From positions 1,904,526 through 1,968,525 of the forward strand of contig NW_003314289.1 in the NCBI RefSeq assembly GCF_000143415.4: a stretch of DNA of 64,000 bases, written 5' to 3'. This document shows, piece after piece, positions 12,431 through 26,337 of the stretch (its first letter is position 1; the number at the start of each line of letters is the position of its first letter). The notes beneath the pieces are model-generated. The model searched no databases. It was not told the DNA's origin and saw nothing but the letters and a program-made list of their open reading frames with translations. The translations under genes and the position numbers were made by a program. Source of the DNA: Selaginella moellendorffii (Eukaryota; Plantae; Lycopodiophyta).

Positions 12431-14245
12431 CTTCTGCTGACCAAAACGATATATGAATGAACTAGAACTTGCTCTTTGAGTTAGAGGCAAGGAGGACATG
12501 CTTCGAGCTTCTGGGAGCAAAACCGCAGCATGATCCACAGGAGAGGGCGCAGGGCTCTGGAACCTGGACACGAGAATCTCGGGTATAAACATCATCAAGC
12601 TGCATAGGAATCTAAGGTAGAGGATAGAAGGTGGGCAGGCCGCATTCAAATACTCTTAGTGTGGAGCTCTTCTAGCATGTCCATGAATGCCAAGCCATGA
12701 AAGGCCGTTAGGCCAGCATGTATATCCTTGAAATATTCATACAGAACCATTCAGCCGAAACCAGCCAAAAGTGCACGAAAACCATTTGGCTAGCCGAATG
12801 GTTTTTAGAGCACCTGCTAATCGAGCAGGTTCGTTGTTCTTCGTGTTCTTTAGGTCTCTATTCATGTCTCGTAGTTTTTCACCTCGATATCTTACCTTAA
12901 GGTTATAAATCCTAATGACTGTGTCTCTAACCAACTTGGTGAGCTCCAATCTTTGTTCTCCAAGTGTCTAGGCAATACATATTACCATACACTAACGGTT
13001 GAGATTGGAATTACAAATGGGAAGCTCCACTCGCAATAAGGAGATCGCGAGGGGATGACGGTGTGGCTGTGAAACGGGAGCGGCATCCAGATTGAGCTTG
13101 GAGTTGGGGGCCTGGCTATGGCATTGCTGGGCCCTGTTCACGGTCGATAACATTTTGACTCTCCTCCCTCTTTCATCGCTCTCTTGTGATTTTTCATCTG
13201 TACTTCTCTTCTTGATTCCACCTCCAAAAGCATGATCTGGGGAGTTCTCGTCCATTAATTACTCGCTTTCTTGACCATGCTTTTCTGAAAAAAAGATACA
13301 ACTTTAAAGAGTTGTTTCGTTCCAAGCAAGCTCATAACTGGCTATACCCACTCACCTCCTGAAATGCAAGGTTCACCCTGCACGCGCCCTGGCCTGGAAC
13401 GTCGTGTCCCACTTCTGGATTAGCCGCTCGAGTCACTACTCCCCATGTCCTTTCCCCTCGGGGCCCTCCGGTTCTGTGTTCCGGTGCTTGTCTTGCATTG
13501 GCCCTGCTCCCTTGGGCACCTTCTCGTCAAAGTTTTCGAGATCCAAGCTGCTGCCTCGTGTCTTGTGGGCTTCGATTCCCTTCTCCGGCTGCATGGTTGG
13601 CCGTTGCTCGGGGCTGCTTGGGCTCCCCTTTCCTCAGCCATCACCTTGAGGCTGCTAATCTGGGCCTTCACTGTCTCCTCTTCCTCAACCGCAAACTCGC
13701 ATCCCATGATGTTGGTCCCCTCTCTGAGTTCCCAAGAGCATCCCGTCTCTGGCTCCTGCGTCTCCTATGGAAGTCGTGGGCCAAACGCCTCTCCCTTTGC
13801 CAAGATGTCCTCGTTTGATCCCCTGAGTTCCCTACCAACTACCTGTCGGCGAGGTTGGCCAGCAACTGCCGAGTGTGTTGGGCTCGGACCATCGCATTAG
13901 GGTCTTTTTAGGTGGACTACCTCAATGTCCCAGGGATTAGTACAAAAATTGGGCCTAATGGAACTACCCTTGTCTAAAGCAAATTTAAGCGGCTGCGGTT
14001 GTTCCTCCATACCAAATCCAGATTCGTCTGGATCTCAAGATCAACTATTGGGGGTGCAACTCCTTCTCCCCCCCACCAAAACATGGTAACCATGCTTTGT
14101 ACCACTCCTCCAGCCTAATTGGTTTCCACTTGTCTTTGATGGCATGGTGAAGTTGTATTGTTGCTAGTGTGAGCTTCCACCACTCTATCATCACTATAGA
14201 TACTCTGGCTTGGATCTCGTTAAAGTGAGTGCAGTTGTGTATTTT

Positions 14246-15387
14246 TGTCGCGAATGTGATTTCGGGTATCAAAAGTTACTTGTCGACCAGTCCTTACGGA
14301 CACTCTTACCTTACTGCCACGATGGCAGAAGGTCGATATTGCTGGTTCCCTTTATTAGCCCCTCTTGTTCAAGTGTTAGTTTACTAGGCTTAGCACCTGT
14401 ACTTAGCTAGATGGACATAAGGTAGGAACTCCTATGTGTTTCTAGTTGAGCATACTCGGCTTGGCTCTTAGTTCTCTTTTGCTCTGTCTTGCACTGGCTT
14501 ACCCTCGCGTATTGAGATTGGTCCCTTAATATTGCCAGATGATAGCTTACCGTGTCTGCCAAACACCCTCGCTATTATGCCCTTTGTGTTAGTCTCATTT
14601 CGGTCCCAAATGCTATTTATGGAAAGTGTCCAGATTTGTTCATTTGGCATATCTATGGAATGTAAAGATTGTCCTGAACACAATGGTGTTCATCCCGTAT
14701 CTAAATTTGCAATCTAAGGACATTCCATATTTAGTAAGTTTCGAGCTTGTCCCAAACTGATACTAAGGGAGGCTTGGGGTGAAAGCCCAAAGCGTGTGTT
14801 CTTCAGTGGGGGGGGGGGGGGGGGGGGGGGCCTTTTTGGGGTTCTAAATTTATAACAGGGAAAGGGGGTAGGTTGGGCATGGCTAACCAACCTGAGGCAT
14901 AGTCTAGCTCCCGGTTGCGTGCCTGTCCTTGTTTGCATCCGGCTTGGGTTTAAGCCCAAGTTCCATTCCATGCTAATTGGTGGAGTACCCATCTCCTCGC
15001 GTTAGGCCACCAGTATGTCGAAATAGCACCAGACTCCGTTTGGCTCCATTTTGCGTGCTAGTCCTGGCATTGGGATGCTGGTTACTCTAGGACTATTCCA
15101 AGTCGCTCCGAGCTCCTGCCACTTCGCTCCTTGAGCTTTATGCTCGGGAGTTGCTCCGTGGTTCGGTTCCATCACTCTTTGGCTTCACGCTTGGGAGTTT
15201 TGCACCGTTCCTTCGTTCAGTGGCCCAAGGCCTTGAACATCGGGTTCCTATGGACACGTGGCATGGACACGTGGCATGTGACACATGGCATCTGTCACGT
15301 GGCACAAAGAGGGTTTAGGTTCCGCTTCGTGGTGTTATCCTATGGTAAATCACCATAGGATAAAGGGTCAAAACCACGTGTGCTACA
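14246..15387 (+). repeat. 5' LTR of element A (1142 bp)
   Basis: TG...CA termini; direct repeat of the split 3' LTR; followed by a Met PBS. Confidence 0.9.
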
Positions 15388-18300
15388 TTTGGTATCAGAG
15401 GATGAGTCTCAGTGAGTACTATTCAATGAGATTGGGCAACTAGTTTCGTTGCATATGCAGAGATGAAAACGATGATCCGAGTGGGTACATGTTTTGGTGC
15501 AAAGGCTTCGCAATTGTTCCTTGGGTATGGATTTTGTTACCTCGTTGTACCTTATGATGTCAACTTGCTCTTGGGCTCATAGGATGGATTTGAGGTGTTC
15601 CATTTGCACGAGTTGTGCTTGGGCTCGTGAGTGAGGCACATTAGCAACTGAAAGCTATACTTTGAGTTGGCAGGATTAATGTTAGCCTATCGGTCGTTCC
15701 ATAGGTTGTTCCAATGGTTCCATGATTTGTTCCATATACCATAGGTAAAAGCAAACCTCCCCTGAGTTTGCTATGAGTGGCAAATAGGCTGGTCCGTAGT
15801 TGTTTAGCACGGCACTAGTGGGTCCTTCCTAGGCATGAATACAAGTGGATCAATCAGGACTATAAGGATTAGTCTGTTGATTCAAGTAGTCGCTCTCTCA
15901 TAAACTTTTCTTGGATTGGATTGAAGGCAGTGCGAACGCAAGCTTGAGGTTTGGTCAAAAAGACGAGATCGAAAAGAGAGTCGTCAGGGACGAAGGATCA
16001 AACACATAAATCATCTTCTCTTCTTGGAGAGATGATTTGCAACGAGGTGTTATCTCATTGCTCGTGTTCACATCATGCAATCAAGAGTCCCTACCTTGAT
16101 GCATCTTGGAGATGATGGTTTTACAAATGGTGAGTTGTGGGATGGATAGCAGTGAAGCACTAAACCATTTTGTTTAAGCTTACTATTGGAAGACTTGGGT
16201 TGCAATGCTCAATTCTTTTCTGGGGAACCTTGCTATTGCTCCTTGAGTAGCTTGGTGTTGGATTAGTGTTGAGTTTGGTTAGATAGCGAGTGGCATGAGT
16301 TTGTCCGTGTTGTGAACAAAAGTTAGTGGTGTTGGGTGTTGTAAATCTCTATTGGTGGAATGTGGCATTTATGTTGCATTTTGTCGAATTGAGTTGACAC
16401 TTGATAGTCACACAAACCTTTGAAGTAATGACATAGGTGTTGCTCATGGTGTTGCTCAATTGATGATCAAGTCATTGTGATTTCCATATCATATCCATGT
16501 GATAATGAGTAATGTGTTTACGAAGTTGTTTGGTTAAACGATGATCAACCCCAAAGTGGTTGATAGTGAAGCTAGTCTACTTGCAAGAAATAGCATTGTA
16601 GTAGCTTTGACTAAATTTTCAATGGTGCTTCATTATGCTAAGCTTAAGTTGGTATGTTGTTTCCTTGAGGGTTTGCCCATAAGGTGTTGGAAAAGGGTTA
16701 TAGCATTCATTTGCTATAACTTGTCAAATGATCCATTAGCACTTGGAGTAGATCGTTGGATGGAGAAGGTGTGAGGTTGAGGAATTGACATTGCTAACAC
16801 TTGTGTTAGTGGAAGTGGCATTATTATTTCGAGTGATGAGGAATTTTCCTTAAAGCTTGATTTTCCATGTCATTTTTCTTGTTAGTATTTTGGCTTCACA
16901 TTGGATCTTGAAGGTGGTTGAAGAAGAGTGTTAGTGCAATGTGAATATCCGACGATATGGTCTCCGTGATCAAGCCTTGGATGATCACTTTGCATTTTGG
17001 CGGATGTCGGTGTTGGATGTCAGAAGTATGAGCAAAAAGATGTTCGATGCTTAAGCATGCTATGGGTCTCGAGAATTTGTGTTGAGGTGAACCTATGTGA
17101 AGTTGTTGGTAGAAAGAAGTTGGTTGGGTCTTGAAAGTTTGTATTCCTGAATTGAGAGTCATTCTTTCTCTAGGATGGAAAATTTTTCCACAAATTTTCT
17201 TAGACTTTTCCAATGGCTGATCTGTTGATCATTTTGCTCGAAAACCTTTCCATTTTCGAAGGCCAATACAAACTAGTGAAGGGGTTGGAGTTGACTTCGG
17301 TTAGCTTAGACCTTAGTAGATAGTTTGTATGATGCGGCCCAAAAGGGATGCTAACTTTTGGGGTTAAGGCAATTGAGTTGGATAGAGTCTGGAGTTAGTA
17401 TAGAAAAGTGGCCGTTGCACTTTTCTAGAAAGGTGACCCTTGTGCCTTTTTTTTGTAGCGTTATGCTTGGTGGCAGGTTGCACTTTGCATTTCGTTAGAC
17501 TCTATGAGAGTAGTGAGCTCTCACTGATCTTGACTTGGTCTTGGTGGCCCTGCACCTTGGCTGAGGATGGTGATGTTCAACTTAGTTGTTTGAGTTTGAG
17601 ATGTTTATACCCGTACTGTAGCTTTGTCTATGAGGAGGTTGTGTATCGATATGGATCCATCTCGTGGTCTTCACTTTAGTTTCGACTAAGTGTTGATTAC
17701 GCATAGCTAGCCTCTTCAAGGCATACTCAGAGCTAGTGGCTAAATGCATTAGTGAGTTTATCGCGGTTGAGTTGAATTCGAGTGGTCATTTAGTTCGTGC
17801 TTGTCCATGAACCTTTATCTTGTATCTGGGGTATTATATTCATGTTGGACAAGTATATAGCTTGATGACGTGAGTTTAGTCTCTGGGTCTCGTGAAAGCA
17901 AGTTGAATAAGTGATGGTTAGTTGCTTTGCGATTAATAGTTGCTTGTAGACTTCGTCGAGGACTGTTAAACACTTGCTTCGCTCGATGAAGATTTAGCAG
18001 TGATGGGTTTACTTTACCGGATGGTGTTGTGGAGGATCGTGTCATTTGACTTACATAGGTTTTCCATGTTGGCATGTCGACTCTACCTCTGTTGATATCA
18101 TTTGATTGTGTTTAGTTCATAGTGTCGGATTTCATTAAGTCTTGGACGTGGTGATGCACTCCTTCAGGAAGTGTTATCTGTACCTGAGTAATGTTGAAGG
18201 ATTAGTCTCGAATACTAACTAAAGTATCTTTGACCTTGGTTAGCTTGGTTGCTAAAGAGCTTTGAGTGGTGATACACTCGTGCTTTCTTCTAGCTTTGTT

Positions 18301-21300
18301 CTAGTGTTAATGGCATTGAAGTGATGCTTTGTTGTTGACATTGTTGATGTTGAGATTTTAGTGAAATGAGATGTCTCTCCACAAGATTGATGTTGAGTTT
18401 CATTAGTTTTGATGAAGATAGTGTTGATGATTTGGCTATAACTTTGTGTTATTAGCATTCGTGCATTTGCTAGTTAGCAACTATATTGACGTTCAAATGA
18501 ACTGAGTGGCAAATTTGAGTTAATTATGTTCTAGACGAGATTATTTAGTAGGGGTTAAGCTTTGGCTTTTCCTTGAAAAGTGATTTAGTCATGGACTATG
18601 CTAGCTTTATAAGAGGAAAGAGTTAGTGATTGAATCCTTGCTAGATTTTAGTTGGGATATATCGATCATTGATGATTCTTCTTGTGCTTGCTATGAAGTG
18701 AATTACGTCTTGCTATAGATGGATTCATGGAGGATCGTTTGGTGATCACTTGTCGAGCATAATTTTGTTATGTTTAGCTTTTGGATTGATGTAGGCATGC
18801 TCTTCATTAGCTTTGCATTATGAAGTTTAGCTTATGGATGTGTTGAGGAAAATATTGTGGGTTGCACCATAATTTCTTCTTTAGCATTGAAGTTAGTCCA
18901 TGCAAGACTCGTGATCATTATTAGGCAAGACTTGGCTATAGACTTCTTCGAGCTTTTGGTTCTTTGAGTTTTCATGCTCATTGTTCCATTTGTTAGGAGT
19001 TGTTGGGGGAAGGCATTTTGGCTCATTAGCTTCGATGTTGACGTTAATATTTGCATCTAGCAGTCATTAGTGTTGATTGACTATCATCTAAGATAGTTGA
19101 TTATCCTTGTCAAGGGTTTTGCTTGATTATTGTTGGTATAGAAATGATTTACTTTTCTTCGGGATAGTAGATTTTTTCTTCGATGATGATTATGCATTTC
19201 TCTATTGATAGGATGATTCATGATCTTTCATGATAAATTAGTTATTCTCTTTGATGGCTTTTGGCTTTTTGCAATACCACATATTCTTTGTGGTTTGTTC
19301 TGGATTGGTCTCTTGGGTTTGAGACGTTAGCAGGATGTTGCTGACACTTGCTTAGGCAACTTGAGTTCCTTGGTGTTGTTGGCTGGGATTTATTCAGATT
19401 GGCTAGTGTGATAGTTGGCATGAATAGGTGTTTATTGGTCTTACCGCATTCATTCTGTTCTGTTGATTGTTGCTCGAGTTAGTTCTGATAGATTGGGATG
19501 TTATTTCCTTCAGGTAATCCATTCGCGAGCATTGTGCTTGTCAGTCAATGATACTTTGTGTTCTTTGAGTTCTCTTTCGTAAGTTTTTTGGCATTCTGTC
19601 TGCAATCTTTGATAGTTAAGTTTTATCATTGCGTTTTCTTGATGATACACTGACTATTGAATTTTGTTGGATGGCAAATCCTGTGTTTGCCAAATTATGA
19701 TGATCTTGGTGGTTCCTATTTACTATAATACTGGTTTATCGGATGATAACTTACTTGGAATACTTTTGTGTTCTAATCTAAGATTTATTCACTGATAATT
19801 AAGTCTCTAAGATATCATTGTCTATGACTTTGATATTGTCCATCTATTGATCTTTGAGTTTGGGCCCGTATAGGCAGACTGGCTTCGGCACTTTGTGTGC
19901 ATGTTGAAATCTTTAGTCATGGGGTAGCTACTGTCGACTGGTCACATAACCCGCCTCTTTGTCGATGTTCCTTATTCCGTTAAAAGGGCATGACCGTGTA
20001 AATAACTCTAACTGTCTGTTCACAGTAGTCTATCTAAACCTTACCGACGGGTTTGGTTTCTTTGCTTAGGAGGGTTGGGGCCACTGGCTTCTCTCTCTAT
20101 GTCCCTACGGGCAGGGCGTATCACACTTTTGTAAGCTGGGTGACTCCCAGAGCAGCAAGGGTGGCTGACTCTATTGGTCATTTCCTTGTCGGCGACGGCC
20201 AGAAGGTGTCTGAGCTGGTAGCGCATCCGCGTTAGACAAAGAGGTTGCCTCCTAACTCATTTAAGTTGGTGCATTTCTCATATAGTGTGAGTACCGTGAA
20301 CTTTTTCTGGAGTTGTTTCCTTGGTGGTATTCTAGACTCGAGTATGCATCGACGAGGATGTCGATCTTTCCTAGGGGGGAGAGTGTCGCGAATGTGACTT
20401 CGGGTATCGAAAGTTACCTATCGACCAGTCCTTATAGACACTCTTACATTATTGCCACGATGGCAAAAGGTCGATATTGCTGGTTCCCTTTATTAGCCCC
20501 TCTTGTTCAAGTGTTAGTTTACTAGGCTTAGCACCTGTACTTAGCCAGATGGACATAAGGTAGGAACTCCTATGTGTTTCTAGCTGAGCATACTCGGCTT
20601 AGCTCTTAGTTCTCTTTTGCTCTGTCTTGCACTGGCTTGACAAGAACCCTCGCGTATTGAGATTGGTCCCTCAATATTGCCGGATGATAGCTTACCGTGT
20701 CTGCCAAACACCCTTGCTATCATGCCCTTTGTGTTAGTCTCATTTCGGTCCTAAATGCTATTTATGGAAAGTGTCCAGATTTGTTCATTTGGCATATCTA
20801 CGGAATGTAAAGATTGTCCTGAACACAATGGTGTTCGTCCCGTGTCTAAATTTGCAATCTAAGGACATTCCATATTTAGTAAGTTTCGAGCTTGTCCCAA
20901 AGACTAACTCCTGATACTAAGGGAGGCTTGGGGTGAAAGCCCAAAGCATGTGTTCTTCAATGGGGGGGGGGGCTGTGTGGGGTTCTAAATGTATAGTAGG
21001 GATAGTGGGTAGGTTGGGCATGGCGGACCAACCTGAGGCATAGTCTAGCTCCCGGTTGCGTGCCTGTCCTTATTTGCATCCGGCTTGGGTTTAAGCCCAA
21101 GTTCCATTCCATGCTAGTTGGTGGAGTACCCATGTCCTCGCGTTAGGCCACCGGTATGCCGAAATAGCGCCAGACTCCGTTTGGCTCCGTTTTGCGTGCT
21201 AGTCTTGGCATTGGGATGTGTCAAGACCCCCAACAAGATCAAGACTAGAAAATGCTAAAGACAAAGAGAAAAGCTAGTGGAAACAAAGAAGAGGCCTTAG

Positions 21301-21615
21301 ACTAGCGTTGATTCAGATTGTGGAGAAATGGAACAAGGCTAACCTATATATACTATGGGTTGATGAAGCTCCACCACTCTTGGATCGAGGACGGCCTAAA
21401 TATAGCTGAGGTTGAGGAGGCGCCACATCAATATCAGGAATGTGGCTCGAGACTCAGGAATCGGGAAGTGTCTTGAGAGTCAGGAATAGGGAAGTGTCTC
21501 GAGAGTCAGGAATAGGGAAGTGTCTCGAGAATCAGGAATGTGGTCTGCAGGTCAGGAATCCGGTGAGAGTCAGTTATGTGGCAAGAATTGGGGGATTCAT
21601 GACAGCACCCCCTCC

Positions 21616-24600
21616 TCAAGAACAAGTGGAACGAGGATGTGAATGAGAACGACAAGGAGGATGAGATGAGCGGCGAGGGATGGGAGATGGAGAAAAAGAA
21701 TGAGGACTAGGACGACTAGGATAGCGGCGGTGGAAGTTCTGAACAAGGTCATGAGAATGAATCAGGTTGTTCGCAGGTTCCCAAGTGCGTTCTTCAGGCC
21801 CGTAACCCTTCCAGTCGACCAGATAGTAGAGTTTAGACTGTGAAATCTTGGAATCAAGGATGTCCTGAACCTCGTACTTAGACCCATCCTGGAGCTGCAC
21901 TGGTGGAGGTGGAGGAATGACCCGATTGGTAATAGGACTGGGAATATAAGGCTCAAGGAGAGAGGAATGAAAAACGGGGTGAATTTGATATGAGGAGGGA
22001 AGTGCAAGGCGATAAGTGACATGATTAATGATGGCAGTGATAGGGAAAGGACCGAGGCGTTTGAAATCAAGTTTTGGACAGAGCCTGGTGGTGGAGATAT
22101 TTCACCTGAGGAGCCAAACTTTATCCCCGATAGTGTAAGGGGGACAATCCTGACGATGGACATTGGCAAATGTTTTGTGAGATTCCTGAGCACGATGGAG
22201 GTGGAAGGAGATGGAGTTGTGGATTTCTTGGAGGTTGGAGACAAATGCCTCAGAGCGGGGATTTGAATGAGAGGATTCGGATGGAGAAGGAAGTGAGAGA
22301 TTGAATTGGGGATTTCGGCCAGAGTTTGCAAAGAAGGGGGAAATTCGAAGAGAGGAGTGAATAGAGTTGTTATAGGAGAACTCAGCAAGGGGAAGGATAT
22401 CGAACCAGTTATCCTGATGATAGTTGATGAAGCACCTCAAGAATTGTTCCAACGTCTGAATTGTTCGCTCGGACTGCCCATTAGTCTGAGGATGATACGC
22501 CGAAGAGAGGTTAGTCTTCACTCTAAGCAGCTGCAAAAACCGTTACCAGAAATGAGAGATGAACTGAGGCCCCCAATCCGAAACCACATCTGTAGGAATC
22601 CCATGAAGTCGGAAAATTTCCCTGAATACCAGTTTTGGCATGTCCTCGCCCGAAAACTCCTTGGTACATGGCAAGAAGTGCGCCATCTTTGTGAAGCGAT
22701 CCACCACGACTAAAATGCTATTGAAGCCTCTAGAACTCGGAAGATCACTCAAGAAATCCATGGAGATGGATTCCCAAGGACCTGAAGGGACCGGAAGGGA
22801 ACGAAGAAAACCTAAAGGAAGGTGGCGAGGTACCTTATTCTGGGTGCAAGTGTCATAGGAGGTAACAAAAGCTTTGATGTAGTCGTCCATGTGAGGCCAC
22901 CAAAAGTCCCGAGCAACTAGCTCATAGGTTTTCACAATGCCGAAGTGACCAGCAGTCAGGCTATCGTGGCACGCCATTAGGACCAACCTTCGAGCATCAC
23001 CTTCAGGAACATAAAGCTGCTCCCCACGGTATAATAAGCCATCTAAGAACTCGAACTCATCAAATCGCCGGCAGTCGGGAGTCACAGGGTGTCCAGCCTG
23101 AAGATGGGGGAAAATGTTGCTGGCGAGATCATCGGATTGAAGATCGTTTCTGATGGCATCCATCAAGGAGGAGTCCTGAGGGGCCAAGGAAATTGCCATA
23201 ACTTGAAGCCGATCAGGACCGAGGATAATTTGATCCTGTTGATCGAAGGCAGGATTACCAGGCTTGAGACTGAGATAGGAGCACCTTGAAAGAGCATCAG
23301 GAAGGCCTTGAAGCTTTCCAGGTCTGTACTTGATAACAAAGTCAAACCGACTCAGGAATTGTGCCCACCTTGCTTGATGACGGCTTAAAACTCGGGAAGT
23401 GGCAAAGTACTCAAGATTTTTGTGATCCGTCCAGACTGTTGTTTGATGGCCCGCCCCCTCCAAGAAACGGCGCCACTCTCCAAAGGAATCCATGATGGCA
23501 AGGAGCTCCTTGTCATGGATTTCGTAATTGATCTCTGCAGGCTGGAATTTCCGAGAATGGAAAGCGACCGGATGAAGTTCTTGATCCGCTCCGAGTTGAG
23601 ACAGCACAGCACCGATGGCAAAGTCGGAGGCGTCAGCCTTGATGAAGAAAGGTTGTGAGGAATCAGCATGGATCAAAACGGGGGCAGAACTGAAGGCTGC
23701 CTTGAGTGTGTCGAAGGCGTGCTGGGCAGCAGTAGACCAAGAGAAGGGAACATCCTTGCGAGTGAGATGCGTGAGAGGAAGGACAATGTCAGAGTAGTGA
23801 TCAATGAATTTGTGGTAGAAGTTGGCGAAGCCAAGGAAAACCTGAACGTCCGACATTGATTGTGGAGGCTCCCACTCGAGAATAGTCTTGACTTTGGCAG
23901 GATCCATCGTGATACCCTCATGAGTGACAATGTACCCAAGGAACTCCATAGACTGCTGATCAAAGGAACATTTCTCAAGGTTCGCATATAGGCCGTGTTC
24001 TCGCAGCTTCGCCATCACCTTGCGTACATGTTCATCGTGCTCCTCCTGAGTTCTTGAGTAGATGAGGATGTCATCGAGGTAGACGATCACCATCTGATCA
24101 AGAAACTCCCGAAAGACATCGTTCGCCATGTGTTGGAAAACTGCTGGAGCATTTGTCAAGCCAAATGGCATGACAGTGTACTCAAAGTGGCCATAGCGGG
24201 TTCGGAACGCAGTCTTCCATTCATCACCAGGCCGGATCCGGATCAGGTTGTATGCGCCACGGAGGTCAATCTTGGTGAAGAATCGGGCACCACCGAGGCG
24301 TTCCAACAAGTCCGAGATCAGGGGCAGCGGATAACGGTTCCGAATAGTCACCTTGTTCAAACCTCGGTAATCGATGACTAGCCGCAAACTCCCATCCTTC
24401 TTCTTGACAAAGAAGACAGGCGCTCCAACCGGGGACTGTGAATGCTGAATGAACCCCAAGGCAAGGTTCTCATCCACGTACTCTTTGAGGGCCTTAAGCT
24501 CGGACGGGGATAACCCGTAGATAGGCCCCCACGGAGGTGACGCTCCTTCCTGTAAATCAATGGGACAGTCATAAGGCCGATGAGTAGGCAGTACACTAGC

Positions 24601-24711
24601 TTTTTTCTTGTCAAACACATCCCCAAAATCATAATACTTCTCAGGAAGACTGACAGGAAAAACATGCAAAGCAAAAAGGAAAATAGGTTCTTCATGAAGG
24701 AGGTCTTTCAT
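21616..24711 (-). CDS. Element B pol (RT, RNase H, integrase, chromodomain), frameshifted near 22540 and in the integrase C-terminus
   Basis: YLDDILIYS, ADASDFAIGAVLSQ, YEIHDKELLAI, GHFG...WESISMDF, SSAYHPQTNGQSER, YEVQDILDSK...YYLVDWKGYGPEERTWEP. Confidence 0.93.
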
Positions 24712-24924
24712 AGTGATTGTGGAGATAGGAGGAGGTGTACGACTAAATGGAATGATGAGACGAGGATACTGTCTAGAGTAAGATGGAAGAGAGGGAAAAG
24801 AAGAGAGTGAAAACTTCGTAGAGTCAGGAACAGAACCCCGATTTGAGTTTAGGGAACTTTTCCTGATTCAGACTCGATGAACAGTAGGGGAAGCCGTGGG
24901 AGATGGTGATGTGGGAGAGATAAG

Positions 24925-26337
24925 CTATAAGTCCTTCCAACAAATATGACGCTGATGTAGTTGGAACCAAGGAAGACCGAGCACCACAGAGGAGGACTTG
25001 CTGTTGATGATGTTGAAGGCGATATCGATGACGGTGGACCCGATGTGTACTTGAACAGGCAACGTTTCCCTAAGTCCAGAAGATGGAGACACAAAATGCC
25101 CGCCAATGCCTTCAACCCTCAGATCCCGTATGGTAGGAGAAAGAGGAACGTGATGTCGGGCAGCAAAGTCCGTGTCCATGAAGCAGGAAGTTGCACTCGA
25201 GTCCAGTAGCGCCAAAGCCTTGAGTCCTGATTGTCCGATAAAAGAAAGGAGATATGGGACGTGGAAGTTGTGGGAATTGGTGGTGGCTTTGATGAAAGGT
25301 CGTGAGGAGTTTGATAAGGAAGAAAAGTGATTTTTATTCGGGGAGTCCAAACAGACAGCTCCTACTCTGTTTGGATAGGGTCGTTTCCCGACTGCAACAG
25401 AGGTGGACTTTGAGGCAGAGTGAACTCGAGCAGTCGGGGAGGCTTCTTGGGAGACACAGCCGCTTTGTGATTAGGATCAGCACAGTAGAGGCAAAGATTA
25501 TGAGATATTCGACGTTGCTTCTCAGCAGGACTCAACTTCCCTCTAATGAGTCGGGGAGTACCAGAAATATCCATCAGGACCGGAGCAGTAGGTTCAGGAC
25601 TATGCCCCAAAGACTCAAGCTGGGATTCCTGAGTCTGGGACGGAAAAACAGCGGCGCAGCGACTTTCCTGACGATGTTTAAAGAGACGATTGTCACATCA
25701 AACAGCTTTGTTGATGGCGTCCGACAGGTCCTTGGGATCCTCCATGGTGAGCAACAAATCCTTGACACCGTTATTGAGGCCGGAATGAAATTGGTCAATC
25801 AGGGCCCGCTTATCCCACTGAGTGTCCAAGGCAAGGAGCTGGAACTCTACAGCGTAGATCAAGGCAGGACGAGACCTGAGAGAGACGTCTCATCTTTGTG
25901 GTAGCAGCCCGAACCCGATCTGTCTCGCCAAAACATGCTTCGAGCTTCTCTTTGAACAATTGAAGATCCATCAGCTCCGGAACCACGGCCCTTTTCATGC
26001 TCTTCTCCAGAAGAGGAGAAAACCATGACAAAGCTGCACCCTCGAGCAACGTCCCAATCGCGCCGATTTGAGACTCGGGAGTGGGGTACCGCCGATGTTG
26101 AAGTGCAAAGATCAGCTCCATTTGGTTCAAAAATCCACGAAGCTCCAAACGCTTGCCTGAAAATTTTGCCGGGAAACTCACCTTTGGTTCAGGAACTTTG
26201 CTGGATCCTTGAGCCGAAAGTGAAGCAAGCTCCTGCTGCATGTGAAGAAGGGTTGCCTTCAACTCGGTATTCTTAAACTGGATTTTTGCAAGGACTTCGG
26301 CAAAGAAATCAGGATGGCTTGGAGACTCCATTGGCAA
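24925..26337 (-). CDS. Element B gag and aspartic protease (fragmented)
   Basis: PEPKVSFPAKFSG...FLNQMELIF...LLEGAALSWF (gag), CLYCADPNH knuckle, ALALLDSSATSCFMD and VVLGLPW (protease). Confidence 0.85.

Noticed and set aside
12550-14240. Possible LINE or other TE remnant, including a 28-bp palindrome near 12778-12805
   Set aside because: No convincing endonuclease, RT or zinc-knuckle motif recognised.
14808-14830. G23 run as a functional G-quadruplex
   Set aside because: The equivalent run in the 3' LTR is about 11 G; homopolymer slippage or sequencing error explains it.
21445-21570. About 26-bp gagagtcaggaatagggaagtgtctc repeats as a separate element
   Set aside because: Present in both LTRs of element B; ordinary LTR sub-repeats.
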